From positions 55,366,001 through 55,430,000 of the forward strand of contig OZ024744.1 in NCBI GenBank assembly GCA_964016885.1: DNA of 64,000 nt, in the 5' to 3' direction. Below are positions 13,701-28,735 of this stretch, in pieces. This DNA is from Eledone cirrhosa. Lineage: Eukaryota. The notes under the pieces are model-generated. The model made no database searches. It saw only the letters and a list, made by a program, of their open reading frames with translations, and was not told the DNA's origin. A program made the position numbers and the translations under genes. The first letter of the stretch is position 1. The number at the start of each line of letters is the position of its first letter.

Positions 13701-14044
13701 TCAGCTAAGCCACGTGGTTGGCTAAATGGTCAAGTTCTTTGTAATAAATAGGTCCCAAGTTCTAACCTTTGCATAGCCTCAGATCAAACTCATGTGCTTT
13801 GGAAGAAACTAACATGCTAGATCTGAGAATTATATTAGGGATACTTATATCAGTGGAATACTCAGCCACAAAAATCCTAATTTCACAAGCAGATTGGTCC
13901 ATTTCATTTCAGTGATAAAATAACTTTAAAAATCTTCAGGGTTATTCGTAAGAAATTAGAACCGAAATCAAATGTCATTTTTTTTAGATTCAAGTTTTCA
14001 ATACTATATTCCTAAGGAAACACTGCCTGCGATTCCTACATATT

Positions 14045-14247
14045 TTAACCTTTTAATGTTCAAACCGGCCAAAATTCTCTACCTCTTTCTGTTGAAATTG
14101 GTCACTCAAACTGAAGTTAAGGTATTGTTCTCAAAATAAATAATACTTTCAAAATCTCATCGATTCGATATTGTGAGGTAAAGCCTTTACTCTATATATA
14201 TATATATACTATTATATTTTCATGGTATTGTGAATGCTAAAGGGTTA
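14045..14247. mobile_element. piggyBac-like MITE; family also at about 11710-11905, 39000-39321 and 45290-45496
   Basis: TTAA-CCTTTTAATGTTC ... GAATGCTAAAGGG-TTAA terminal inverted repeats with TTAA target sites. Confidence 0.6.
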
Positions 14248-15930
14248 AAGAACAATCAAAAACTTGTAAAGTAATAAAACTGATGTTTGGAGCCTGATTT
14301 TAAAATTTCAGTTTTGTAACAATTCTTTTACTGGTGGCAGATGCCAGTATTATATTGCCAAATTATAGGATACACACATAACAGGAACCCCAAAACATTG
14401 TTTTTGTCTCTTGGAACTATATATGTTCAGTAAGTCTTCTCGTCATTTCAATATTTAGGAACCACAGCCCATTAGCATTTAAACCAGCCACTTATACCAT
14501 TAAGGCATTGTTCTCAAAAATAATATCAAAATCCAAATACTGTTCTCACCCTTGATTACAAAACTACATGTACAGGAAACAAATGTGAATGTTTTTCCTT
14601 CATAAAGATAAGGATTTTTGAAAAAAATTTAAACATCTCAGTTGAGAATAGTGAGTAGATACTTCAAATAATTTATGCAATTTAAGATTACACCCACTTT
14701 CCCTGACTATCCACATTTCATAGAAAGTTTTTTAATGTTCATACTCCATTTCCTTCTCTATTGAATGAAACTGCAATAGCTAGAGAGATGGGTTGTATTT
14801 CTAATTCAAAAAGGTCCAGTAATGTTACACTATATTATGAAGATCCAGCCTAAGGCTTCTATTAATCCTTTTTAGCATTCACATTACTTTGTCATATTTT
14901 CACTTAATCATACTCGAAAGTGTTATCAATTTTATTTGTAATTTTGTATGTGCAGACTTGAAATCTTTTCATGTTTAAATATCAATTTACAATTATATTT
15001 TTACCTAATTTGTTAAATTTGACTTTTAAGGGCAGGTGAAATTAACGGACATTTGAAGTATCAACCAGGTGCAAATATTAGTTTAATTTTAAATACCTTT
15101 TTGGCATAATACTTGATATATAAGAAGGGTCACTAAACCTTATATCAGTGCGCCAGTAATTCCAGTTTTGGAAATTGTTTTATACAGACCATATTTATGG
15201 TAAAAAAATGCTTGCATTTCCACAGCATGTCGGTTGCTATAACAGATTGGGTTTTCCTCGATTTGAAATCTGTTGGGCATATCGATTATTTCTTCTGCCC
15301 CAACTCCGAAGAAAGTGTGGCTTTAGCATTGGGAGGTAATGTATGACCAGTATTTTGAATAAAATTCTGGAACATGTATTGGTGTATTTTTCAACCATGT
15401 TGCTGTAATATTTTCAATGGCATCCATTTAACTTTCAAAAACAATCATCGTCGGATGAAATTCCAGAAATATACACGTTTAATTCATTTGAAAATAAATC
15501 ACTAATATTTTTTGTTTGTTCATTTTGAATGTTATGTGTAAAGAAAGAAAAGAAAAAAAAAAAAAAAAACCTTCAATTTCGGAATCGTTACTTTCACAAG
15601 CCATGTTGATACACAAAAAAATATGTACTTTCAACAAGTTTCACTATATTAAGTGTTAATTTTCACTAATCTTGAATTGATGAGATTTCAATGACAGTAT
15701 TGTTTATTTTTAGAATATTTTAGTGTGGGTGCTGTTGGTTGGTTTGAACAAATAAAGGAGAAATAATTTTGGCCAGTTTTGAATGCTAAAAGGTTAAAAA
15801 GGTGCCAGTGTTGCAGAATACTCAGCCAATGAGTAGATCGAATAGAACACTCATCAAAATCAAAAAATTCATTTACCTTAATGCAAATATGAAATGTTAA
15901 GCGTTTTGGTTAGTTAACTAATAAACCTAG

Positions 15931-16425
15931 TACAGGGGCCTCCAAAATGGTGAACATCGACCCCTCGGGGGCAAAAATGCTGACAAATGTAAAAAAAAAA
16001 AAATAAATAAATAAATAAATAAATAAATAAAAATGCTTTCAAATCAAAATAAGGCAATTTAAATCTTCATTAGCATTAAGATTAAATATTTTTCAAACTC
16101 ACAGCAATTGGAAGATGAAAATATTACAGACTGATTTGGAGATATAAAGCACTCTGGAAAATTCGGGAAAGACTATAAAATACATTTTGAAGACCTGGAG
16201 AAAATGCAGACATTGAATCTCACTTAAGAGGAATTCAATATGCGTATGGATCTCGAAGCTAAATCATTGCTCAGAAGTCTCAGCGGTTATTGGAGCAATG
16301 CAAATGTTACTAAATACCCCAAGCTTAGTGCAGCCGTTGAACATTTTTTTACTTGCATTTTCAAGTTCATACATGGTTGAAGCTGGTTTTAGCACCAGGA
16401 AGAGCATGGTGACATACAACAATCT
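15931..16425 (+). mobile_element. hAT/Charlie transposon remnant with C-terminal dimerisation-domain fragment
   Basis: Left end CAGGGGCCTCCAAAATG; peptide KYPKLSAAVE../LAFSSSYMVEAGFS resembles the hAT dimerisation motif. Confidence 0.65.
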
Positions 16426-16854
16426 CCATCCCATTAATGATGTCAAAAGTACCTTTATTTTTAATGTGCCTAATATTACCTATATTATTTGTCAAGTTTC
16501 GTATTATTGTTAGGTTTGGTTTCAAAACTAGGGACAATACAAATGTAGCACATGCGTATAGTACAGGGATGGGGGAAGGAATAGGAATAAGTTTTTGGGC
16601 TCCCGATTTAGCAGAAAATAATTAAAACTGGGATCGCAAATTCAGCTGTTTATAGTATCCTTACCAATTGATTATCATCAACATTTGCATACATATTAGA
16701 GTAAATACTTCAATGTGGTTTCAGGTAGAGTTGGATAATAAGAAAGCAGCATTGTCAAAGATGTAAGGTAATGCAAATATTTTAGTTTTAAAACTATAAA
16801 CGTGTTATAATTAGCTTCAAAGTGATATGCAACCATGTAAAGTAAAAACAACCC

Positions 16855-16882
16855 AGTCCCATACAATATTCAAGATTTTATT
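16855..16882 (-). terminator. Probable eIF5 polyadenylation signal and cleavage region
   Basis: AATAAA on the minus strand at 16882-16877, followed by a GU/U-rich tract (GGGTTGTTTTTACTTT), about 700 nt past the stop codon. Confidence 0.6.
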
Positions 16883-17425
16883 ATGAGTCAACAGGTCTTA
16901 CCAATATACATGTTCACAACCTGTCAAAACAATATTAGCAAAGAACATTTGTCAAAATGAAATGGAAGCAGTAATTGTAGGGCTCTTGACGCATTTAAAA
17001 ATCAAGTTTGCTGCTTAAGTTATTTATGCATTTTTGAAAAGTTTTAGCAATTGACGTCAATTTGGGTAAGAGCAGCAAACATTTCTAGAATAGCCAAAAG
17101 ATAACAATACCCATATTTTAAATCTCAAATTTAAAAATATATACTAACAGAAAATAATTTCTTAAATTTGGGATCATCCCTGACATTATCCTTAAAGTTT
17201 GTTAATGAAACAAATCAGGAAAAAAGAAATATGCACCAAATCAAAACTGATTAATAATAATTTACTTTTAGAACCTATGCCCTTCCATAAAAAAAAAAAA
17301 ACAAAAAAAAAAAAAAACATGGTGCAGTCAAGTCGCTTCACTAAAGCCTTACAAAATGTTACCTTACAAAATGTTAGACTTTTAGTCAGAATATATACAT
17401 ATATATACACATATATATATATATT

Positions 17426-17458
<33 letters not shown>

Positions 17459-17582
17459 CTTTTCTTTTCTTTGGCATGCTTTTGTGTAATTTTTAGTCAA
17501 TCTGAATTCAAAGTATCTGCACAAAAAATATTTTCAGAAACAAAATTTCAAAATGTTCTAAGTAAGCAATGACCAGAAGATT

Positions 17583-17687
17583 TCAAATGGCATCAATATC
17601 AATATCTGCTCCACTCTCATCATCATCATCATCTTCAACATTCTTTGTTTCATGCAATCCAACTTTTTCAGTAGCAGAGTAGGTTAT
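17583..17687 (-). CDS. EIF5: eIF5 terminal coding exon 9 (acidic tail, DIDIDAI*)
   Basis: Acceptor CTTTCCAG|; ends GAT ATT GAT GCC ATT TGA with stop at 17585-17583. Confidence 0.95.
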   Translation of the reverse strand: MTYSATEKVGLHETKNVEDDDDDESGADIDIDAI

Positions 17688-20600
17688 CTGGAAAGAAAGA
17701 ATTGGCAAATTGAATCATGTTGAATCACTTTACTACTGTACTAATCATTATATGTTTATTACTAGTCAACTTTTCATGATAGGACTAAAGCTCATATGAA
17801 AAGGATCAGAGAAACCAATTTTTCCCATGCTAATCATCACCTTAAGATACTAGTCATTGTCTACATGACGAAACTAAACATCAAACTCAGTGTTAGAAAT
17901 GAGTATTTGAACTGAGTGGTGGAACTAAAAATATAGCTTTTGAAAATCACTAGAAATTAATTTCCAACAATGTCTTCAAATTGTCATTCCAACACACAAT
18001 TACATTGAGCTGGGCCCAGAGAATTAAGGACCCAGAACATGTAGCTTGAGTTAGTGCTCTTTAAGAACATAAGTGAAAGTATAATATAAGAAAACAGCAA
18101 ATACCTCTTCATCATCTGACCCTTCTTTATCAGATTCTTCAACTTCAGCTTCTTGCAACCACTTGATAAATGGCTTTGCTTTCTCTCTGATATCCTCAGC
18201 CATTGACTTGGACACATGGTTCTTAGTTGGCTGAAATTTTGAAAAAAAAAAAAAAAAAAAAAAAAAACATTTTTAGAGAGAAAGAGCGAGAGAGAAAGAG
18301 AGATGGGAATGTTTGGAGTTAAAACATACCTTAGCAGCCCATTTTAGTATCACATCTTCATCCAATATATCTTCATCATACAACGTTTTTAATATATGTG
18401 GAACCTTTGCCATTAGAACATCCTTGTGGATTTTACCAACAAGTATTTCAATACCAGACAACAGATATTTTTGGGCTTTTGGACTATCATTGCAAAACTG
18501 AAATAAAGAAAATTAGAAAATATGATTCAAAGGTCTTAACTTGTATCATCTCAACAATGATTTAGCAGATATCTAAAAAAGGATTAATCCAATTATTTTT
18601 TTTTTTTTTTTTAAACTTTCAAAAATGTCTTGCAAATGTGGTTTCATTTAGTATGTGATATAAAATATCAATCAACTTAATTATAATTTAAATTCAGTTA
18701 CCCTTAAGAGGAGTTTCTTGTGTTCTTTAATTTGTTTTAATATGTCTGCATTAAAAAGCAATTCAACAAGGATTGTAGGACATTTCTCTTTGATCTCAAG
18801 ACGTTCAGCTTCAGCAAGGATATCTTTGTCAGCACCAGCAAGGGTTTTAGATTCATGCTTTTGCTATTTGAAAAGGAAAAAAATTCAGAAAACATCAACC
18901 TTCAATCCGATACTCTTTTTGTTAGAACATTGAATATCTAGTAAATATATACTAATATGTCAATGTAACAACTATAACCCCTCTGATAGAAACCCACATC
19001 TGATTAGCTCTATTTTAAAGTGTTCATATTAAATTTAAAACTTCCACCATAATTTTAGGAAGTTATTTTACTAAACCTCTCCACATTCTTGATTTTCAAA
19101 AACGATTTTGAAAATCAGTCTTTCATTAGAAATTTATCAATGAAAACCCCTCCAAATTCTGAATTCTTTCGAACTCATAAGCAGTGCATCTTTCATTAGA
19201 AGTATCATATTGAAAGAGTTAAATAAAAAAATATCTATTGTTCTAAAATACTACCTATTTTAAATCAAATGAGACAAGGGAATACAACATTCTAAGAAAG
19301 CATTAACCTACAATAGTTAAAGGTAATATATATAAGGATTGAAACCAATAAAAATGTTGACAGGAAATATCACAATAAAATGACTCACTTTGATAAAATT
19401 GTAGAGAATATTCATTCTTTCTTCTTGAGTTTTTTCAAGATCATCTGTTAAGGTAAGTCCTTTGGCTGCTGATGTCAAATCTCTCATACGTTCCCTGACG
19501 GCTGCTTCACTAAAATCTTCAGTCCAATCATCATCATCACCAGCATCTTGGGCCTCAGGAGGTGCCAGAATATCTCCTCCACTTGCACGCTGAGCAGCCA
19601 TTTGTTCTTGTGCATTAGCCTCAGGACTGTTGCAATCACCATTCACACTCTCCTGTTTCTTTGACTTCTTTGACTTTTTGCTTTTAGATGTTGCTTGAGC
19701 TTGGTTATCCTGCAAGTGAAAAAAAAAGTCATCTATCAATTTCTTAAATGTTTCCAATACAATGTTGACTGCTGTAATACCAAAATGCCCCAAAATCTTC
19801 CATCATAATTTTATGTAAAAACCATCAAGTTAATACTTTATTAAATTATTTGAAAATTATAAACTGTTTTACTAGAAATATAGTAAACGGTTAAAATTCA
19901 TGACATAAAAATCAAACTTATATTTGTACTAGTGGACAAACCTTTGTGAAAATTTACAGAATTCAATTAAAGACTTCCAATTTTAACGTGATACAGTTGT
20001 AGTGCTTTATACATTTGAACAAAGTTTGCTAGTGCAGTTTTGTGTGGTACAGAACATTAAGTTGAAACAGTTAACTACCTGATCAGGTGGGTTTTTCAAG
20101 ATAAATGTAGTAAGCTTATGATTCATATCAACGGGACCTTGGTATCCACATGCAATGCAGCGTTGCAAGATAAGCTGTTTTCTGGATAAAATAACCTGCA
20201 ACAGTTCAAACAAAAGAAAGCCAGTCAAACATGCTCTACCAAATAAGTAATGCAGAAGGAATCACGACAGAAAAGAAGTGGAATGATGAGTGTCAGAGTT
20301 CCTTGCCAATCAGATATAATATATAAAGCTAAAACAGAGTGAAATGCAGGTCTCAGGCTGCTGACAATGCTTTGCCAATTAGATATGAATGGTATTTAGA
20401 ACTATTGAAATAACCAAACAGAAGTACAGATTTCTGTGATGTGCCAGTCAGGTAAAAAAATTGATTTGAGAATGATAAACTACATTAACTAAAACAAGAT
20501 AAATTTCAATATTATGAACAATTGCTTACCAAATTGGTTTCTGGATTAGAGCATTGTGGACAGAGCACAAATTTCTTAATAAATCCATCCAGTAATCCTT

Positions 20601-21592
20601 GGAGCTTAATAGCTTCATGTGCACCATTAACAATGTAGCGATCATTTTTCAAGTCAAATTGTGTTTGTGCGCCAAGTTCACAGCCAAAATACTTGGTAGG
20701 ATCTTAAAAATAGAAATGTTACTGTGAAAAACAATCATCTGGAATTTGGGTATTAAAGTCACGAGTTGAATTAACCATATATTATAGCACTGCCCTGTCT
20801 AAAAATACGATGCACTTAGTGTTTTGACAATCTATAGTCGTTTATGCTACATACATAGAACTAAATGGTTAATATAGTTAACACATCTGATACCTACCTG
20901 GCTAAAGCCAAACAAAACTACCTATTTTAGAGGGGGTTCCTATTTAAACTAAAATCTTCCAACATAAGAGCTATATGTAAAATTACTATCTTAGTAATAA
21001 ATAATCTCAAGTTCAAAATCCATTAATTGAAAGAGTATCCCATTAGAAATACGTTCACATTAAGGTTAAGTTGATGTAGGCGACTACAATTATTATTTTA
21101 ACCATTAAAAAAAATAAACAAACTAGATAACTTCAACTTACATTTTGGGGGCCTTGAGAGAGCTTTGGCAATCTCTGGCATGTTGACAACAACTGTTTTA
21201 ATACCATTTCCTTTACCTTCAACCTAAGGGGGAAAAAGGAAAGCAATACATTTTATAGATGACTTAAAATAAAATGTGTTATATACGAACATGATGAGTC
21301 ATTTAAGTGTGACCCATTATACAAGTTCGTTTTTATTTTGTATTTAAAATCAACTAAAGTTTTTACACGATAAATGATTTTTTTGTTTTTAGTTAATTTT
21401 CACTAAGATTTTCTTTTATTTATACTTAGTAAACATTTTAGGTTTGGCTAAGATATTTTAAAAAAATGAATTTTTCTAACGGTTCGCATACAGAAGACGT
21501 ATAAAACGTTAACATACTTTTGCTATGAGACGAGGCATCTTATAGCGATAAAACTGGTCAGAGACATTGGTGTTGACGTTAACGCAAGCCAT
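17583..21592 (-). CDS. EIF5: Eukaryotic translation initiation factor 5 (eIF5), spliced CDS of 9 exons, 442 aa: join(21592-21518, 21223-21142, 20702-20530, 20195-20079, 19709-19389, 18863-18702, 18497-18330, 18230-18105, 17687-17583)
   Basis: Manual translation gives [25 protein letters not shown]|[27 protein letters not shown]|[17 protein letters not shown]...CPQC..CIAC zinc ribbon, the [17 protein letters not shown] (DWEAR-like) motif, W2-domain acidic/aromatic boxes ([24 protein letters not shown]) and the C-terminus DIDIDAI*. All match eIF5 hallmarks. Every intron is GT..AG and the exon phases are compatible. Confidence 0.98.
18105..18230 (-). CDS. EIF5: eIF5 coding exon 8 (W2 domain, AA-box 2)
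   Basis: Acceptor TTTCAG|, donor GAG|GTATTT; [29 protein letters not shown]. Confidence 0.95.
18330..18497 (-). CDS. EIF5: eIF5 coding exon 7 (W2 domain, AA-box 1)
   Basis: Acceptor TTTCAG|, donor AAG|GTATGT; KAQKYLL...[22 protein letters not shown]. Confidence 0.95.
18702..18863 (-). CDS. EIF5: eIF5 coding exon 6 (start of W2 domain)
   Basis: Acceptor AAATAG|, donor AGG|GTAACT; [26 protein letters not shown]. Confidence 0.93.
19389..19709 (-). CDS. EIF5: eIF5 coding exon 5 (Lys-rich linker and DWEAR-like motif)
   Basis: Acceptor TTGCAG|, donor AAA|GTGAGT; [37 protein letters not shown]. Confidence 0.95.
20079..20195 (-). CDS. EIF5: eIF5 coding exon 4 ([18 protein letters not shown]...FILKNPPDQ)
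   Basis: Acceptor TTGCAG|, donor CAG|GTAGTT; second CxxC pair and [12 protein letters not shown] motif. Confidence 0.95.
20530..20702 (-). CDS. EIF5: eIF5 coding exon 3 ([13 protein letters not shown]...[15 protein letters not shown])
   Basis: Acceptor TTTTTAAG|, donor TTG|GTAAGC; phase-1 join with exon 2 restores the Tyr codon. Confidence 0.96.
21142..21223 (-). CDS. EIF5: eIF5 coding exon 2 ([27 protein letters not shown])
   Basis: Acceptor CCTTAG|, donor T|GTAAGT; conserved GKGNGIKT motif. Confidence 0.96.
21518..21592 (-). CDS. EIF5: eIF5 coding exon 1 ([25 protein letters not shown], includes the GAP arginine in FYRYK)
   Basis: ATG at 21592-21590 in strong context GGA-ATG-G; donor AAA|GTATGT. 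The exon extends as 5'UTR to the acceptor TTTTCTTTCAG| at 21746. Confidence 0.96.
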
Positions 21593-23507
21593 TCCGATTG
21601 ATTTTTGTGACACTTATGTTTACGATGGATGCTACTATCAGGATAGCGCCAATGGCTCCAAACCGCGGAGAAATTCATAAAACCTTGATCGGATTTACTT
21701 CTGGTCGAACACTTAGTTCTCGTGCTCAATAAGCACAATGATAACTCTGAAAGAAAAAAAAAAGTTGACAAAATGAAAAATAAAATTAAATGTCCATCAC
21801 ACACACACGCCTAATAGTTCATGGATAAGATACTCACAAGTTGTTACTAAACTAGTAGTCGTTACAAGAAACTGTTCAGTCATTATTCGAACTATCTTGA
21901 GAAAATTAAATAGTCAAAGTTTGCTAAAGCAAGATTTTCACTAAGTTCTCGGGAGACCAACCAACACAAAAAATTCGAAATGTCTATTCAATCCAACAGG
22001 GGTTAACTTAACATTAGGAAATCAATTACACTCCATCATTAATTAGGAAAATAGCATTTTGCCTTCTAAATTTAAAACAAAAACCCTCGATTACTATTAA
22101 TTGTCAATATGGCCGAATATTGAGAAGATAAGTTTTCAGACGGTCTATGTGATTTTCGTTTTGATAAGCAAAAATGAAGGGAAGTGACGTTCATGGCTTT
22201 TCTCAGGACAAAAGCAAATTGTTTTGAATGTCCACTTATTAAGAATCGTTGATACAATAAAGTTGAGGCTATTGACATCAACTGCATTGAAACTAACTAA
22301 AATTCACGAAAAGAGAAGAGAGGAGAAAAAATATACCGATGTTAAATATAAACTACCAAGTAGGCGTTCATTGATGAATTATTTAGCAAGGCGTTCTAAA
22401 GAATATAGATATTTAAAAAATATAATATACACATTCATACACACACACACATACACACGGAGAAACGGATTAAATGGGATTAAACTCTAAACGGAAAAGA
22501 GCTAAGGCGATACGAGACAACTGGTGTAGGTGTCCATGTGACGACATTGAAATAAGCTTAGCTATTATATATAACGAGGCAACGTGGAAGAATTAGAAAA
22601 AAATGTTCTGGTTCCTAAAATCAAAAAAATAACTTCTGAAAAAATGTTTTTTTATGAATTTAGCCATATAAATTGAACCGGTTCAAATTATTTTTTTAAA
22701 TTTAAAAAAGACGTATGAAGTATTTTATTGTCGATAGTCTTGCGTAGAGGTCAAATAATAGCAGAGAGAGACTGCCTGACATAAGCACATTATGTTAGTT
22801 AGAGAAGGCATGCGACATACAAATTAAGATTAAAGTAGCAATTAATGGCTAGTTACTAAACTAAATTAGAACCTTCCATATCCAATTCAAATGTTAATTT
22901 TCTGACAACTGAAAACTAGATCTCACAAAGAGAAAAACGAAATTGTAGAGAAATTTTTTTTAAAATCGAATTTGCATCTTTCGTTATCTTTTCAATAGAT
23001 TATTGCTACCATGTGGTGGCGGTAGAGCCACCCACATATAGAAAAATCTTACTAAATCATACAAATAAAAAAAAACATCTAGTATTAGAGATTAATTAAC
23101 AAGAAGACATTTGGTAAATTCGAATACAGATGTCTGAGGAATACATTAGGGAAAAATAATATTTGACTAATAAAATGAACTAGTTTCCAGAATATTCGAG
23201 TAAGAAAGGAATAAGAAAAAGAAACCGGCAAGCCAGAGTATATATATATGGTCAAAGAGTTGGGTTTCTCTAAAATTTCCGTTAATATCGTTGGCAGCAA
23301 GTGGTAGTAAAGAAAAAGGAAAAATTAAAATTCCCCAAAACGCACAAGTCACACACACCATATCACATCACAAACTTTAAAAAAGTTTGTTTTTTTTTCA
23401 TGGCCATAAATCCTCTTTACGTGTTAAATGTTACAAAACCAATGAGTATTTAACACTAGACTCAGGAATTTTTCTTGATGTTATTGGTAAAGCAATACTT
23501 AATTTTG

Positions 23508-26697
<3,190 letters not shown>

Positions 26698-27391
26698 GAC
26701 ACACAAACATTACATGCAATATAGATGTAAAACTAATACATAAATTACACATCTGTATAGACATGCCTGGTCTCCATGCTGAACGTGGAAAATTTTCTTA
26801 GTTTAACTGATAAAGTAATCCCCAATCATAAAATGTTTTCTAAAATATAAATTATATAGATACATAATACATACAATCGCTATTACATGTAATATAGAAT
26901 TAAAAGACAGTAAGTCTACACATAAATTACACGTATACAGTCTACCCACATAGCTAGTCTCTGCCACACATATTACACAGGCGTACATTACTAACTACGA
27001 CTACACAGTAAAATTCTCGTTACATATATATTTATTAAAACTATATATAATAATGAAGCCCACACATGTTATGTATATATTTTTGATATATTCATTTGTG
27101 ATATAAAGAACATGATTTAGTAAGATAAAAAAAGGCCAGGCTGATATAATGTAAGTGCTGGGAGAAGTTATGTTAATGATATCAATTTTAAAACGAGAGG
27201 AGTTTGAGAAAATTGTGGGCTAGAATCGTAGGTTGTAAGGTGTATGTATGTATAGAGAGCGAGAAAGCAGAATAAAGAGTGTGTGTATATATGTGCGAGT
27301 GTGTGTGATATAAGGGGAATATAGTGAAACATTTAAAGAGATAAGTATTTCCGATGAAAAATAAAAAAGTTCTATGTATAAAACAGAGCTA

Positions 27392-27484
27392 TTTAATTAG
27401 AAAGTGAACAACAATATATAACTACTCCATTACCAAAGGTTTGGTAATGGAGTAGTTATATATTGTGTTCACTTTCTAATTAAA
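27392..27484. repeat. Near-perfect palindrome with 46-bp arms
   Basis: tttaattagaaagtgaacaacaatatataactactccattaccaaa-GG-tttggtaatggagtagttatatattgt-gttcactttctaattaaa, with one 1-nt bulge. Confidence 0.92.
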
Positions 27485-27775
27485 GATATATATATATACC
27501 GTTTTATATATGTATTGTTATAACTTTCTTTATACTCTATATATACCTCTTAATTAGAAAGTGAACAACACAATATACATATATAAACATACATATATAA
27601 TGAAAGAGAGGGATATATATATATATATATATTAGAAAGAAAGCTATGGACGAAGCATGTGCATGAAAGACTTAAGTTACCTTAGAAAGAAACAAGAAGA
27701 AAAAAACAAGTTAGTTTTAGCGGGGGTTGCTGGTTGTTTATGAGGGAGTAATAAATAGTTTTGTAGAAAACTTAC

Positions 27776-28327
27776 CGTCTTGATGCAATGACATAAAAAC
27801 GTCGACGACAACAGAAAGGACAAAAAAGATAAAATAAAATATGGCGATTGGCAACAGCTGAAGAAGGGAGCGACACGAGCTCCTGTTACTTCGTCGTGGT
27901 AGCCGTCTTTCCGTCTTCTTCTGGGCTGCTACTAGTGCTGTTGTTGTCACTACTAATGCTAATAATGGTGATGGTACTACTACTTGGCCGTCACCACCAC
28001 GTCTACTGGGGAGTGTTGGTTTTTATAGTTTTTATTTTCTCTTTGGCACAGTGATGGTGGCGGCGGCGGCTGCTGTTGCTACTGATAATAAAGGCTGCTG
28101 CTGCTGATATTGTTAATGTTACTGCTGCTGGTGATGATACTATTAATGTTGCAGCAACTGCCACCACTATTGTGCAAAGTGCTGCTGCTGCCACTAGTAA
28201 AAAGCACTAGTGCTGCTGTTAGTAACCAACACCAGTGCTTTGCACCTGTTTCTTTCCTTTGGTTTCTTTTGTTGTTTTTTATCTGCTAGTAATGATAATG
28301 ATGTCCTTGTTGATGATGGTGATAATA

Positions 28328-28377
<50 letters not shown>

Positions 28378-28735
28378 TAGAAAGGTAATGTTTTAATTGT
28401 TATGCTGTTCACAATTGTTTACTACAAATAAAATACGTGCTGGAAACTGCTTGTGTCGTTCTGTATTGAGGTTAATGATGATACTACTCCTGACGGCAAC
28501 TCTTTATTCTGTGGCTGATAATCTTCAAATCACTAGTGAAACAATATAAACTTATATTAATATACTTTTATACTTACAAAAAGTACTTCCTATAATAATA
28601 GTAATATAATAAAAAATTATATATGTACGTATGAGGTCACCAAAACGATTTCGCGTGGTGATAGTTGAAAGTTAAAAGGTATTTATTGTTTGTCTTGTGT
28701 GGCGGTGAACGATGATCTGCTAATTCCCACAATCT
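27776..28735 (-). other. Probable eIF5 non-coding 5' exon or leader region; 3' boundary firm, 5' boundary uncertain
   Basis: Consensus donor at 27775. The region is CpG-richer and free of transposons, with no minus-strand ATG from 28843 to 27795. Initiator-like CCAGATT follows a pyrimidine tract at about 28735; an alternative pyrimidine-rich start or acceptor CTCCCTTCTTCAG lies at 27870-27858. Confidence 0.55.

Noticed and set aside
17802-17843. Box C (GTGATGA) and box D (CTGA) on the eIF5 sense strand in intron 8, including GATTAGCATGG identical to part of U6
   Set aside because: Only 24 nt between the boxes, a non-canonical terminal stem, and the U6 match is sense rather than antisense, so it cannot be a guide.
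23046-23330. Possible alternative eIF5 5' exon (pyrimidine-rich start, TTTA|GTAAGA donor)
   Set aside because: Weak donor context and several AUGs; the 27776 donor gives a far more coherent leader. It cannot be excluded without RNA data.
27848-28194. Ala/Val/Leu-rich ORFs resembling membrane or signal peptides
   Set aside because: Products of (GCT)/(GGT) triplet runs, mostly with non-ATG starts; no recognisable domain or exon chain.
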